DNA of 64,000 bases from Minisyncoccota bacterium (GTDB taxonomy: Bacteria > Patescibacteriota > Minisyncoccia > Phycocordibacterales > UBA9973), in NCBI GenBank assembly GCA_041664465.1, contig JBAYKP010000002.1, positions 21,190 through 85,189 of the forward strand. The letters are read 5' to 3'. The stretch's first letter is position 1; the number at the start of each line of letters is the position of its first letter. Below, in pieces: positions 47,864 to 57,174 of this stretch. The notes under the pieces are model-generated. The model was not told the DNA's origin. It ran no database searches and saw nothing but the letters and a program-made list of their open reading frames with translations. Position numbers and translations under genes: made by a program.

Positions 47864-50167
47864 TTATTCAAAATGCAATTTTAGGTTTTTGTCGGTGAGA
47901 GTTTTCGAGAGGAGAGGGGAGGATTTGAGATATACATCAGAAGTGATCATTTTGATGGCTTCGGTACGGGCGGCTTCCACCATTTTTATATTCTTTATAG
48001 CTTCCATTCCGAGGTCGGTGATGCCCCATTGTTTATCGCCAGAGAGAAGTCCTGCTCCGCGGAGTGTTAGATCAAGCTCTGCCAATTCAAATCCATTAGC
48101 TGCTTTGGTTAAGGCTTTTAATCTGTCTATTGTTTTGTCACTCTTAGCATCGGCAAACAAATAACAATATGACTGGTATGTGGAGCGGATAACTCGTCCA
48201 CGAAGCTGATGAAGCTGTGCGAGGCCAAATCTCTCTGCTCCTTCTATTATGATGACTGTGGCATTAGGGACGTTTACCCCTACTTCTATTACAGAAGTAG
48301 AAACGAGAATATCTATTTTCTTTTCAGCGAAATCTTTCATCACTTTCTCTTTCTTCTCTTTGCTCATTTTACTGTGCATGATATCTATATTGTAATTTGG
48401 GAAGATATCTTTTTTCAGTCTTTTTGCTTCTGAGGTAACGGCTCGTAGGTCGGACAGAGTATTCCCGTCAGCACGCGATAAAATTCTGCTGAATTTTTCG
48501 CTAGTACTCGGCCCGTCGGCCTCCGTAATGCTTCCTGGAACACTCTGTCCGACCTCCTCGCCTTTCCCTAAAACACTTTCTCCGAGCTCCTCTCCGATTT
48601 TCGGACAAATTACATAAAGCTGTCTACCAGCTTCTAATTCCTTTTTAATTTTCTCATAAGAACTTTCTCTTTTATTCTCTGGCACAATTTCTGTAATGAC
48701 TTGTTTACGTCCCGCGGGCATCTCATCAATGATGCTTAAGTCCAAGTCTCCGTATATAGTGAGAGCGAGAGTACGGGGAATGGGAGTAGCAGTCATAGAG
48801 AGGTAGTGCGGTGCGTGGCCGTGCTTCTTCACTAGTTTCATTCTTTGATTCGTGCCAAAGCGGTGCTGTTCATCTATTATGACTAATCCTAAATCTTTGA
48901 ATTCTACAGATTTTGATATGAGTGCATGAGTGCCTATCACTATCGGTATCTCACCATTTTTAATCCATTTCAAAAGTTGATTTTTAGATATAGTGGTCCA
49001 AGTTTTCACTTGTGTACCTTTCTCCCACGGAGCCGATTTACTTGGGAATTTACGGCATCCAGAGCCTGTCATAAGAGCGATAGAGATACCAGTGTGTTCA
49101 AAATACTGGATAAAATTCTCATAAAGTTGCGTTGCAAGTACTTCCGTCGGAGCCATATAAGCTACCTGTAAATTTCCATATTCTCCATACTGAGAAGTTC
49201 CGGTTGTGTTCTTGATTACAGCATAAGCGACAGTTGCTGCCACGAAAGTTTTCCCACTTCCTACGTCTCCTTCAATAAGACGAGACATTGGCTTATCTTT
49301 TATAAAGTCTTCTAGTATCGTATCTATCGCACTTGTTTGGGCCTTGGTCGGAGTAAAAGGGAAACGTCCAACGAAGTCAGTAATATCTTTGTGTGGAATT
49401 TTAAGTTTGTATGAAAAGTTTTCTTGATATTTCTTTTTTTCTTGTTGGCGAGAAAGTTGAATGAAAAACACTTCCTCAAAGGCAAATCTTTTGCGTGCTA
49501 TTTCGGCATGCTCTTTCTTAGCTGGCATGTGGACCCAGATCAAAGCTGTGTGTAAAGCGGGTAATTTGTAAGTATTTAATATTTCACTTGGGATATAATC
49601 TACTATATCTTTCACACAACCTTGCTTCAATATCTTCTGTATAGCATGATAGAACCATTTAGAAGTGATGCCACGACTTTCTCGATAAACAGGGAAGCCG
49701 AATTGCGTTTCCACTCCTTTATTACTCCAAAGTGAATCGTGAATATCTATCGGCAGGATATCTTCTTTATTTATTTCTGGATTTGTGAGAGTAGGGCCGT
49801 AAGTTTTACTATTTGTAACTTTTCCTGTCACTCGCACAGTTGAGCCTTCTTTAAGCATCTTTGCAAGGTATGGCTGATGGAACCAGATGATATTGATAGA
49901 GCCAGTCAAATCAGAAAGTACAGCCTGCCCCATTGGGATTTTACTTTTGAATCCCTTTTTAGTTTTAAGTCCTGTGAGTTTCCCTAAGATGGTGATGTTC
50001 TCACCTTCTGTTAGAGTATTGATATTTCTAACTTCACTTATATCACTATAACGAGAGGGGAAATGATAAAGTAGGTCTCTCAAAGTTTTGAGTCCAAGCA
50101 CTGATAACGCCTTTTTCTGATTTACATCAAGGCGAAAATGATTTTCAATTTTATCGGTTAGATTCAT
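47864..50167 (-). CDS. recG: ATP-dependent DNA helicase RecG carrying an in-frame element
   Basis: GDVGSGKT, MAPTEVLA, IDEQHRFG, MTATPIPRTL, QLRGRV. Confidence 0.96.
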   Translation of the reverse strand: MNLTDKIENHFRLDVNQKKALSVLGLKTLRDLLYHFPSRYSDISEVRNINTLTEGENITILGKLTGLKTKKGFKSKIPMGQAVLSDLTGSINIIWFHQPYLAKMLKEGSTVRVTGKVTNSKTYGPTLTNPEINKEDILPIDIHDSLWSNKGVETQFGFPVYRESRGITSKWFYHAIQKILKQGCVKDIVDYIPSEILNTYKLPALHTALIWVHMPAKKEHAEIARKRFAFEEVFFIQLSRQQEKKKYQENFSYKLKIPHKDITDFVGRFPFTPTKAQTSAIDTILEDFIKDKPMSRLIEGDVGSGKTFVAATVAYAVIKNTTGTSQYGEYGNLQVAYMAPTEVLATQLYENFIQYFEHTGISIALMTGSGCRKFPSKSAPWEKGTQVKTWTTISKNQLLKWIKNGEIPIVIGTHALISKSVEFKDLGLVIIDEQHRFGTNQRMKLVKKHGHAPHYLSMTATPIPRTLALTIYGDLDLSIIDEMPAGRKQVITEIVPENKRESSYEKIKKELEAGRQLYVICPKIGEELGESVLGKGEEVGQSVPGSITEADGPSTSEKFSRILSRADGNTLSDLRAVTSEAKRLKKDIFPNYNIDIMHSKMSKEKKEKVMKDFAEKKIDILVSTSVIEVGVNVPNATVIIIEGAERFGLAQLHQLRGRVIRSTYQSYCYLFADAKSDKTIDRLKALTKAANGFELAELDLTLRGAGLLSGDKQWGITDLGMEAIKNIKMVEAARTEAIKMITSDVYLKSSPLLSKTLTDKNLKLHFE
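48440..48562 (-). mobile_element. Structured palindromic element, copy E (in frame in recG)
   Basis: Perfect 14-bp arms AGGTCGGACAGAGT/ACTCTGTCCGACCT; 123 bp = 41 codons; encodes GEEVGQSVPGSITEADGPSTSEKFSRILSRADGNTLSDLRA. Confidence 0.88.
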
Positions 50168-50184
50168 TGTATAATAGACTTTAT

Positions 50185-50565
50185 TTACTTTTTGGGAGTG
50201 GTATTTAATGAATTTATCTTACCGACATCCATTTTCCCGATTTTCTCTTGGTCCATTTTGAATAATCTGACCCCCACATAAATGACGATAGCGATTACAA
50301 TAAAATCTATTCCATTATTTATGAAAACACCATAATGAATTGTCGCTTTATTCAAATGAACAACTTTTGAATTCAAATCATCAACTCCACCTAGTAACCC
50401 ATTTAAAACAGGATTGATAATATCAACGACAAGAGATGAGACAAATTTAGAGATAGCTCCCCCCAGTATGAAACCTATCGCTAAAGTAATTATTCCTTGA
50501 TTCTCCAAGAAATCTTTAAACCCCGCGAATCCTCTAATCTTTTTTAAATTTTGTAATCTTTTCAT
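50185..50565 (-). CDS. mscL: Large-conductance mechanosensitive channel family protein
   Basis: FKDFL...LAIGFILGGA...SLVVDIINP, YGVFIN..IDF. Confidence 0.88.
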   Translation of the reverse strand: MKRLQNLKKIRGFAGFKDFLENQGIITLAIGFILGGAISKFVSSLVVDIINPVLNGLLGGVDDLNSKVVHLNKATIHYGVFINNGIDFIVIAIVIYVGVRLFKMDQEKIGKMDVGKINSLNTTPKK

Positions 50566-50596
50566 AATATTAGTATAGCAAAAAATTACAATTTTG

Positions 50597-50683
50597 CGGA
50601 GCCGGCTGGATTCGAACCAGCGGGGGAATTTACTCCCCGCCTCTTTAGCAAAGAGGTAGATTAAACCACTCTCCCACGGCTCC
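50597..50683 (-). tRNA. tRNA-Ser, anticodon GCT
   Basis: GGAGCCG/CGGCTCC, CCTCT-TT GCT AA-AGAGG, long variable arm, G73. Confidence 0.93.
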
Positions 50684-50774
50684 CTAAATACATTTATACC
50701 TTATCATATTTAACATTATTACTCAAAAATTTGGATTTTATATTTCAAGATAAATATGCTAATATGAGAAAACT

Positions 50775-50864
50775 GGATGAGTGGCCGAGAGGCTTAAGGC
50801 AGCGGTTTACTAAACCGCCGTTCTGTAAAAAGAACCGTGAGTTCGAATCTCACCTCATCCGCCA
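50775..50864 (+). tRNA. tRNA-Ser-type, anticodon ACT (A34)
   Basis: GGATGAG/CTCATCC, GCGGT-TT ACT AA-ACCGC, variable arm GTTCT..AGAAC, GTGAG-TTCGAAT-CTCAC, G73, encoded CCA. Confidence 0.88.
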
Positions 50865-51023
50865 AGGTTTTCGCGAAGCAAAAAGCTTGGCGGATGGGAG
50901 CAAAGTATCTGCATACTTTGCGTGTGAGATGAGAAGACCTTGAATAAATTTTTTGAAATTTAATAATTTAAAAAAATATGAAAGGTGTACAGAATCTGTA
51001 AGATTCGAAAAGCGTATTCGCGG

Positions 51024-51038
51024 TCTCACCTCATCCGC
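51024..51038 (+). repeat. Direct copy of the tRNA-Ser(ACT) 3' end (att-like)
   Basis: TCTCACCTCATCCGC identical to 50848-50862. Confidence 0.8.
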
Positions 51039-51069
51039 AAAAGTTTTAAAAATTTGGTATAATCAATTT

Positions 51070-52062
51070 ATGAAATTAAAAGAAACAAACCTTATCTTAA
51101 ATACAGGGGCATCAATGCCCATATTAGGGCTTGGAACATGGAAGTCTCTGCCAAACAAAGTTAAAGAAGCAGTTCTTCATGCTCTTTCAGAATGTGATTA
51201 TCATCATATAGATTGTGCGGCGGTGTATCGTAATGAAAAAGAAATCGGGGAAGCTTTTAAAGAAGTATTTGAAAATAATACAATAAAAAGAGAAGATATT
51301 TTTATTACAAGTAAGCTTTGGAATTCTGAACATAAAAAAGAATATGTAAGAAAAGCATGTGAAGCTACATTGTCTAATTTGAATCTTGAATATTTAGATT
51401 TATATCTTATGCATTGGGGCATTGCTATCCCTCATAAGGAGAATTTAGAAGCCGGATGGACTGTAGAGCTAGGTGATGATGGAGTGATGATAACAGATAA
51501 AGTTTCTATAAGAGAAACGTGGGAAGCCATAGAAGAATTGGTAGAATTGGGACTTGTAAAAGCCATAGGTGTTGCAAACTTTACTACTATGATGCTTATT
51601 GATTTACTTTCTTATGCTAAGATTAAACCCGCAGTGAATCAAATTGAATTACATCCATATTTACAGCAAACAGAATTATTAGAATTTTGTAAGCGTAATG
51701 ATATAATTGTGACAGCTTATTCTCCACTTGGTTCTCCTGGTAACAGGAGTGGTGTAGTTATCAACGGTCATCCTTCTCCAGATAATAAAGATAAGGTATT
51801 ACCTTCCATTTTAGAAGACGATACTATACTTGCGATAGCTTCTTCTCACAATAAAACTCCTGCTCAGATATTAATCCGATGGGGAATACAAAGAGGAACA
51901 ATTGTTATTCCCAAGAGTGTCACCCCTGAGAGAATAAAAGAAAACATAGATGTTTTTGATTTTGGATTATCTGCAGAAGAAATGAATAAAATCGCAGAAT
52001 TAAACAAAAATCTTCGCTTTGTAAATCCACAATCTTTTTGGAAGATACCTTATTTTAAATAA
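51070..52062 (+). CDS. Aldo/keto reductase
   Basis: GLGTW, IDCAAVY, ITSKLW, DLYLMHW, IGVANF, IPKS. Confidence 0.95.
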   Translation: MKLKETNLILNTGASMPILGLGTWKSLPNKVKEAVLHALSECDYHHIDCAAVYRNEKEIGEAFKEVFENNTIKREDIFITSKLWNSEHKKEYVRKACEATLSNLNLEYLDLYLMHWGIAIPHKENLEAGWTVELGDDGVMITDKVSIRETWEAIEELVELGLVKAIGVANFTTMMLIDLLSYAKIKPAVNQIELHPYLQQTELLEFCKRNDIIVTAYSPLGSPGNRSGVVINGHPSPDNKDKVLPSILEDDTILAIASSHNKTPAQILIRWGIQRGTIVIPKSVTPERIKENIDVFDFGLSAEEMNKIAELNKNLRFVNPQSFWKIPYFK

Positions 52063-52066
52063 ATTT

Positions 52067-52666
52067 ATGAGAAAAATTGGACAAGGGTGGCAATACACAA
52101 CGTATGATTTAGAAAATGGAAGAGTTTTAAAGAAATTTCATTCTTGGATAAAAGCATATTTTGTAATACTAAGAGATATCTTTCCTTTTGATAATGATTC
52201 GTTATTTGAAATTCCAAGTTTTATTAAAGATGTAAAAGGAAAGGCGGATGAATCATTTGAAGTATTGAAAAGAGTTAATATCCCACAAGAATGGATGGCA
52301 AATCCAAGATTTATAAATAAGTATGATTTTGAGCAAGATAAGGTAAAACCACTGCATGAAGTATTCGAAAATTTAGATGCCATTGAAATTAAAAAAATTA
52401 TAGATAAATTTATTGAATTTAATTTAAAATTATTGAACCTTGGTGTTATAGATAAAGGTTTTAATATTACAAAAAATTATGGAATAAATAATGATGGAGA
52501 AATCGTGCTTATTGATATAGGAGAACTCTTTGATGACAAAGAATTAATAAATAAACAACTCAAAGATCGTGGATGGACCCATAGTTATGTAGGAGGATGT
52601 ATAAAAAACAAAGAAGCTCGAGAATATTTTATTAATGAGATGGATAGAAATTTTAGTTTGAATTAA
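52067..52666 (+). CDS. Hypothetical protein, possible atypical kinase-like fold
   Basis: IGQGWQY Gly-loop, VLKK, D......NYG...LIDIG. Confidence 0.6.
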   Translation: MRKIGQGWQYTTYDLENGRVLKKFHSWIKAYFVILRDIFPFDNDSLFEIPSFIKDVKGKADESFEVLKRVNIPQEWMANPRFINKYDFEQDKVKPLHEVFENLDAIEIKKIIDKFIEFNLKLLNLGVIDKGFNITKNYGINNDGEIVLIDIGELFDDKELINKQLKDRGWTHSYVGGCIKNKEAREYFINEMDRNFSLN

Positions 52667-52669
52667 TCT

Positions 52670-53899
52670 ATGAATAAAAGAAACATATTTCTATGGGCAC
52701 TATATGATTTTGCTAACTCAATCGTAATGATTGTTTTTATGCTATATTTTTCTCAATGGCTTGTAATAGATAAGGGGGTATCAGACTTTTGGTATAACGC
52801 TTCATTTATTTTTTCAACAATATTATTGATTTTAACTGGACCAGTTGTTTCAGTATTAGCTGATAAAAAAGGAAGGTGCTTCTCATTCTTTTATAAAAAT
52901 ACAGTTATTTTATATATATTATATATATTACTGACTTTTATTATTCTCTTTTTCCCCGAACAAAGGATTTTAGCTATCGTTTTATTCATTTTAGGGAATT
53001 TTGCTTATCAATCATCATTTATTTTTTATAATTCTTTTTTAAATGAGATTTCTCAACCAGAAAAAAGAGGTTTTACTTCAGGTATAGGGAATGCTGCTAA
53101 TTGGCTTGGGCAAATTGCTGGTTTATTATTAGTACTTCCATTTGTAAGTGGTAGTCTATATTTATTTGGAGAAACGGGTAGGGCACAAGTTTTCTTACCG
53201 GCCGTAGTATTTTTTATTATTTTATCTCTTCCCATGCTTCTTTTTTACAAGAAACAAAAAATTATAGAACAAACATCAGTTAGTTTCTCTCACATAAAAG
53301 AAGAATATAAAAATGTATTTGTACAAGCTAAAGCATTATTTATAATTCCAGGCGTCTCAATGTTTTTATTAGCTTATTTTTTCTTTAATGATGCAGTTCT
53401 AACTCTTTCAAATAACTTCCCAATTGTTGTTGATAAGGTATTTAACGCTCCTGATATTCAAAAGACATTTTTGCTTATTCTTATTTTAGTAACTTCTGTA
53501 ATTGGTTCGCTTATATGTGGGTCTTTGGGGGATCATTTTGGCTTAAAACGTGTCTTACTTTGGATTTTATTTGGGTGGATAATAATTATTCCTCTTATGG
53601 GAATTAGCCCAAATATTACAATATTAGGAATTCTTGTAACTTTTATGGGTATTTTATTTGGTGGAGTATGGGCTGTTTCTAGAGCATTGCTTTCAAAACT
53701 TATCCCTCTAGATAAATTAAATTATGGTTTTAGTTTTTACACTATTTCAGAACGTTTTGCGTCATTTTTAGGTCCACTTACTTGGTCGGGGATAGTTGTC
53801 TTCACTTCAAAAACAAACGGCTTAAACTACCGTTTTGCAATAATTTCAATGACAATATTTATTATTGTTGGGTTTTTATTTATGAGAAAAGTAAAATGA
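52670..53899 (+). CDS. MFS transporter (UMF1/Atg22-like)
   Basis: WALYDFANS, FYNSFL, ~12 TM segments. Confidence 0.9.
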   Translation: MNKRNIFLWALYDFANSIVMIVFMLYFSQWLVIDKGVSDFWYNASFIFSTILLILTGPVVSVLADKKGRCFSFFYKNTVILYILYILLTFIILFFPEQRILAIVLFILGNFAYQSSFIFYNSFLNEISQPEKRGFTSGIGNAANWLGQIAGLLLVLPFVSGSLYLFGETGRAQVFLPAVVFFIILSLPMLLFYKKQKIIEQTSVSFSHIKEEYKNVFVQAKALFIIPGVSMFLLAYFFFNDAVLTLSNNFPIVVDKVFNAPDIQKTFLLILILVTSVIGSLICGSLGDHFGLKRVLLWILFGWIIIIPLMGISPNITILGILVTFMGILFGGVWAVSRALLSKLIPLDKLNYGFSFYTISERFASFLGPLTWSGIVVFTSKTNGLNYRFAIISMTIFIIVGFLFMRKVK

Positions 53900-53940
53900 G
53901 TTACAAGAATTATTCTCTTGAATCATGATATAATAAAACT

Positions 53941-54552
53941 ATGAATCTAAAAGAAAAAATTGACCCAAAATATACAGTCTTGCTTGTAATAGATATACAA
54001 AATGATTTCGCATCTCCAAATGGCTTGCGTGCTAAAAAAGGAGGAGATCTTTCTCTTGTAGAACCTCTTATCGAAAAGTTGTCAAAAATAATTGATATAA
54101 CTAAGAAGGCAGGCGTTCTCACTCTATACACTCAACAAATATATGACCGCTCAAAATTGAATGATTTACAAAAAGAACAATATGATCTTGATGGACGATT
54201 TGTAATGGCAGATATAAATACTGATGGATATAAATTTTACAAAATAAACCCTCCATCTAATTTAGTTTTCCCAAAATATAACTATAATGCTTTTTCAAAC
54301 CCTGATTTACTAAAAACTCTACAAGATCATAATATTAAGACCTTAGTTATTACTGGTATGGATACTTTTTATTGTGTAGAAACTGCAATTCGTAATGGAT
54401 TTGATTTAGGATATAAAATTGTTGTTCCAGAAGATTTAGTTGCTTGTAATGCTAAACACATAGGTTTACATAACAGAACGCTTGAATTAGTAAAAAAGAG
54501 TTATGGAGTTCTTACAAGTTCTTTAGAGTTAGGACAAATTTGGGATAGATAG
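53941..54552 (+). CDS. Isochorismatase-family cysteine hydrolase
   Basis: LVIDIQNDF, K..YNAF, ITG..T.YCVE. Confidence 0.9.
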   Translation: MNLKEKIDPKYTVLLVIDIQNDFASPNGLRAKKGGDLSLVEPLIEKLSKIIDITKKAGVLTLYTQQIYDRSKLNDLQKEQYDLDGRFVMADINTDGYKFYKINPPSNLVFPKYNYNAFSNPDLLKTLQDHNIKTLVITGMDTFYCVETAIRNGFDLGYKIVVPEDLVACNAKHIGLHNRTLELVKKSYGVLTSSLELGQIWDR

Positions 54553-54634
54553 AAAAGTTGTTATATTTTGAGTTGTTTTGATATAGTTTTAATTATAAAA
54601 ATAAAAAGAGAGCAGATATGTTCTGCTCCCTTTT

Positions 54635-56479
54635 TTAAGTTAAAGATCTTGCGGATCTATTTATAGGATTTTCCAGAATTGCTGGTATTTGCCAAATTCT
54701 GGAATTTAAATTACTAGTACCAAGTATAATCTTACTTTTTAAATTACGATTTGCCATTCTTACAAATGGCTCTACTTCAATACTGTAAGGCATAGCTCGC
54801 CTCGGGTCTTTTTTAACAATGGCAGAATAAACTTGTAAGACATAATTACCAAGTCCTTCATCTAAAGTCATTTTTAATATTAACTCTAGTGAATCAATAG
54901 AAAGTGGTTTCTTATTATCATACATATTCAACAATCTTGTAATTTCATTATTTTTATACAATGTAATAGCAAAATCATTTGTTTTATCTGACTCCTCATT
55001 TACCCTAGGGATGGAAGACCTAAGACGATAGCATTTACTAATTATTTCTTTTAGTTCCATGCGTGTCTCAGGATTTTGCTCGGCGTGATTTTTGTAGATG
55101 TTGATTATTTGCAAAATTAGATTTGCGTCCATTCTTGTCATAAACTTAGCCCTTCCCCTGATTATTTCAAATAAACTTATCGATTGATTTAAAGTAAATT
55201 TGGTATTCAGAAAATTCAATCTGTTCATTACTAAATTCATACCCTCATCAGACTTTAGAAGTATACAAGTTTTAATAATGTATAAGATGGAAGAACAATG
55301 CATGATTTTTGATACGCTAAACTTAAATAAATCCAAAGCTTCACCATCAAACTTTCTAGTATATGCATTTAATAGTGTAGACAGGATGTTGTGATTAAAT
55401 GGCTGAATGGTATACAACTTTTTTATTTCACTGATGTCTTTAAAAGTTATATTCGGATCTAATTCTTTCTTATCACAAAAAGTAATACCATCGTTTATAA
55501 TCCTTTCTCTTTCCTCGGGAGTTTTTGTTACTAATTCAAGCGGTATTAATTGACCCGTCAATTCAGACAATCGATCTAAAAATACCACGCTGTTACTTTT
55601 TTGAAAAATATTCCAAAGAATAAGACTTTCTGTAGCGACATCATGCTGACTTTTTGCATATAAGCAAATAGGAATCAAAGATTGAATACCTCTTGCAAAA
55701 AGTTCTCTTCGTTTCTGATAGTTTTTCCCCGGAATGTGTAATTTCTCATAGTTCTTTTTAATAAACTCGAGTGGAAAATCTGGCCATGAGAACTTTTCAA
55801 ACGTAGAAAGACTAAAAGATTTTTTGCTGAGTTTTAATTCTGGAATTACTTCAAATATTATACTAGTGATATCATTATCTTTAAGATAAGAATGATACCA
55901 ATATAATGAAATGAGTATTATTTCAGATTTTATTTCAGCTAACTTATTTGCAATTAATCTTAAACTTGATTCTTGAATATTGCCCTTATTCAAGTCACTT
56001 ATGATTCTAAATGATTTAAAAAATAATTCATCCACGTTATGTACTTTCGTGTAGAAATTAAATAATTCATCAATAAGCTTATTTTTCTCCAAGTTATTAG
56101 CTTGATATAAAAATAAAGCTGTAACAGTTTGTACTCCAAGAGGTCGAATAACAAGTAGCATTATTACATTCTTATAAAGTGATAAATAATCTTGATTTTT
56201 TAGAAAATCACTTATAAATTCATTGCTCTTATTCCATCTGGTTTTCATTGCTTCTTCATAATTTAAATTAACATTTGTAATTCCACTTATAATTTCAGCA
56301 ATTTCATCAGACCAATCATCAGCATCTAAACTTGCCACTGCAAGTAATAAAGCCTTTGAATTCTCTTCTTGTTCTAAGTACTTTTTTATTTGGTTAATAA
56401 CTAGGGGAACCTCCATGTCGTGGAGATTTAAGTCGAGAAACTTCTCAACTTGTTCAGTAAAATTGGTAGCTTTTTTCAT
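54635..56479 (-). CDS. Hypothetical protein (614 aa, probably helical)
   Basis: Long ORF with no recognisable motif. Confidence 0.7.
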   Translation of the reverse strand: MKKATNFTEQVEKFLDLNLHDMEVPLVINQIKKYLEQEENSKALLLAVASLDADDWSDEIAEIISGITNVNLNYEEAMKTRWNKSNEFISDFLKNQDYLSLYKNVIMLLVIRPLGVQTVTALFLYQANNLEKNKLIDELFNFYTKVHNVDELFFKSFRIISDLNKGNIQESSLRLIANKLAEIKSEIILISLYWYHSYLKDNDITSIIFEVIPELKLSKKSFSLSTFEKFSWPDFPLEFIKKNYEKLHIPGKNYQKRRELFARGIQSLIPICLYAKSQHDVATESLILWNIFQKSNSVVFLDRLSELTGQLIPLELVTKTPEERERIINDGITFCDKKELDPNITFKDISEIKKLYTIQPFNHNILSTLLNAYTRKFDGEALDLFKFSVSKIMHCSSILYIIKTCILLKSDEGMNLVMNRLNFLNTKFTLNQSISLFEIIRGRAKFMTRMDANLILQIINIYKNHAEQNPETRMELKEIISKCYRLRSSIPRVNEESDKTNDFAITLYKNNEITRLLNMYDNKKPLSIDSLELILKMTLDEGLGNYVLQVYSAIVKKDPRRAMPYSIEVEPFVRMANRNLKSKIILGTSNLNSRIWQIPAILENPINRSARSLT

Positions 56480-56582
56480 AATTTATTTTTTTGTAAGTGA
56501 ACAAAATGTTTTCAATACAATAACATAATTATCCCTATTAGTCAAAATCTGATTATTTTTGAAAATTTGATATAATCTAATT

Positions 56583-57167
56583 GTGATAGAAATTGAAAAA
56601 ATAAAACAAAAATTCGGAGAAAATTTTGAAACAGACGAACAAACTTTTGTAATGGGTATTCATAAAGATTTTGCTAATAAAATTGCCAAAAGATTTTCTA
56701 GGTGTAAAAAAGTTTTGGATTCATGTGCTGGAGCTGGATTTATGTCTATTGTTTTAGCTCAATATGTGGAAGAAGTGATTGCTGTAGATATTGATTCATC
56801 ACATTTAGAGATGGCAAAACACAATGCTTTGATTGCTGGAGTACAAGATAAAATACGTTTTATTCACGGAGATATATTAAATAAAAAGATTTTAGACCAA
56901 ATTGAAAATATTGATGGAGCATTTTTAGATCCAGATTGGTCAATAGAACAGAATAAACGAATTCATGTAACCTCTTTAAAATCTATGATTCCTCAAGCGG
57001 ATTTACTTTTCAAAGAAATATCATTAAAAACAAATAATATAGCTCTTCGTTTGCCAAAGGAATTAAACTTGTCTGAATTAGCTGATTTACCAAAACATGA
57101 AGTAGAAGAAGAAATTATGGAGAATAAGTTGAAATTCTATTCAATATATTTTGGGAATTTAATATAA
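56583..57167 (+). CDS. Class I SAM methyltransferase, Tgs1 (cap methylase)-like
   Basis: A..IA.RF, VLDSCAGAG, IAVDID, AKHNA.I.GV.DKI.FI.GD, FLDPDW. Confidence 0.75.
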   Translation: MIEIEKIKQKFGENFETDEQTFVMGIHKDFANKIAKRFSRCKKVLDSCAGAGFMSIVLAQYVEEVIAVDIDSSHLEMAKHNALIAGVQDKIRFIHGDILNKKILDQIENIDGAFLDPDWSIEQNKRIHVTSLKSMIPQADLLFKEISLKTNNIALRLPKELNLSELADLPKHEVEEEIMENKLKFYSIYFGNLI

Positions 57168-57174
57168 TAAATTT

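Noticed and set aside
48440-48562. Intein, self-splicing intron or hammerhead ribozyme as the explanation for the in-frame inserts
   Set aside because: Too short, with no C/S...HN intein ends, no group I/II motifs and no CUGANGA/GAAA core seen; a novel RNA activity is not excluded.
50731-51069. ORF 50731..50943 and the 5' extension of the aldo/keto reductase ORF
   Set aside because: They overlap tRNA-Ser(ACT) and its downstream repeat; the reductase starts at 51070.
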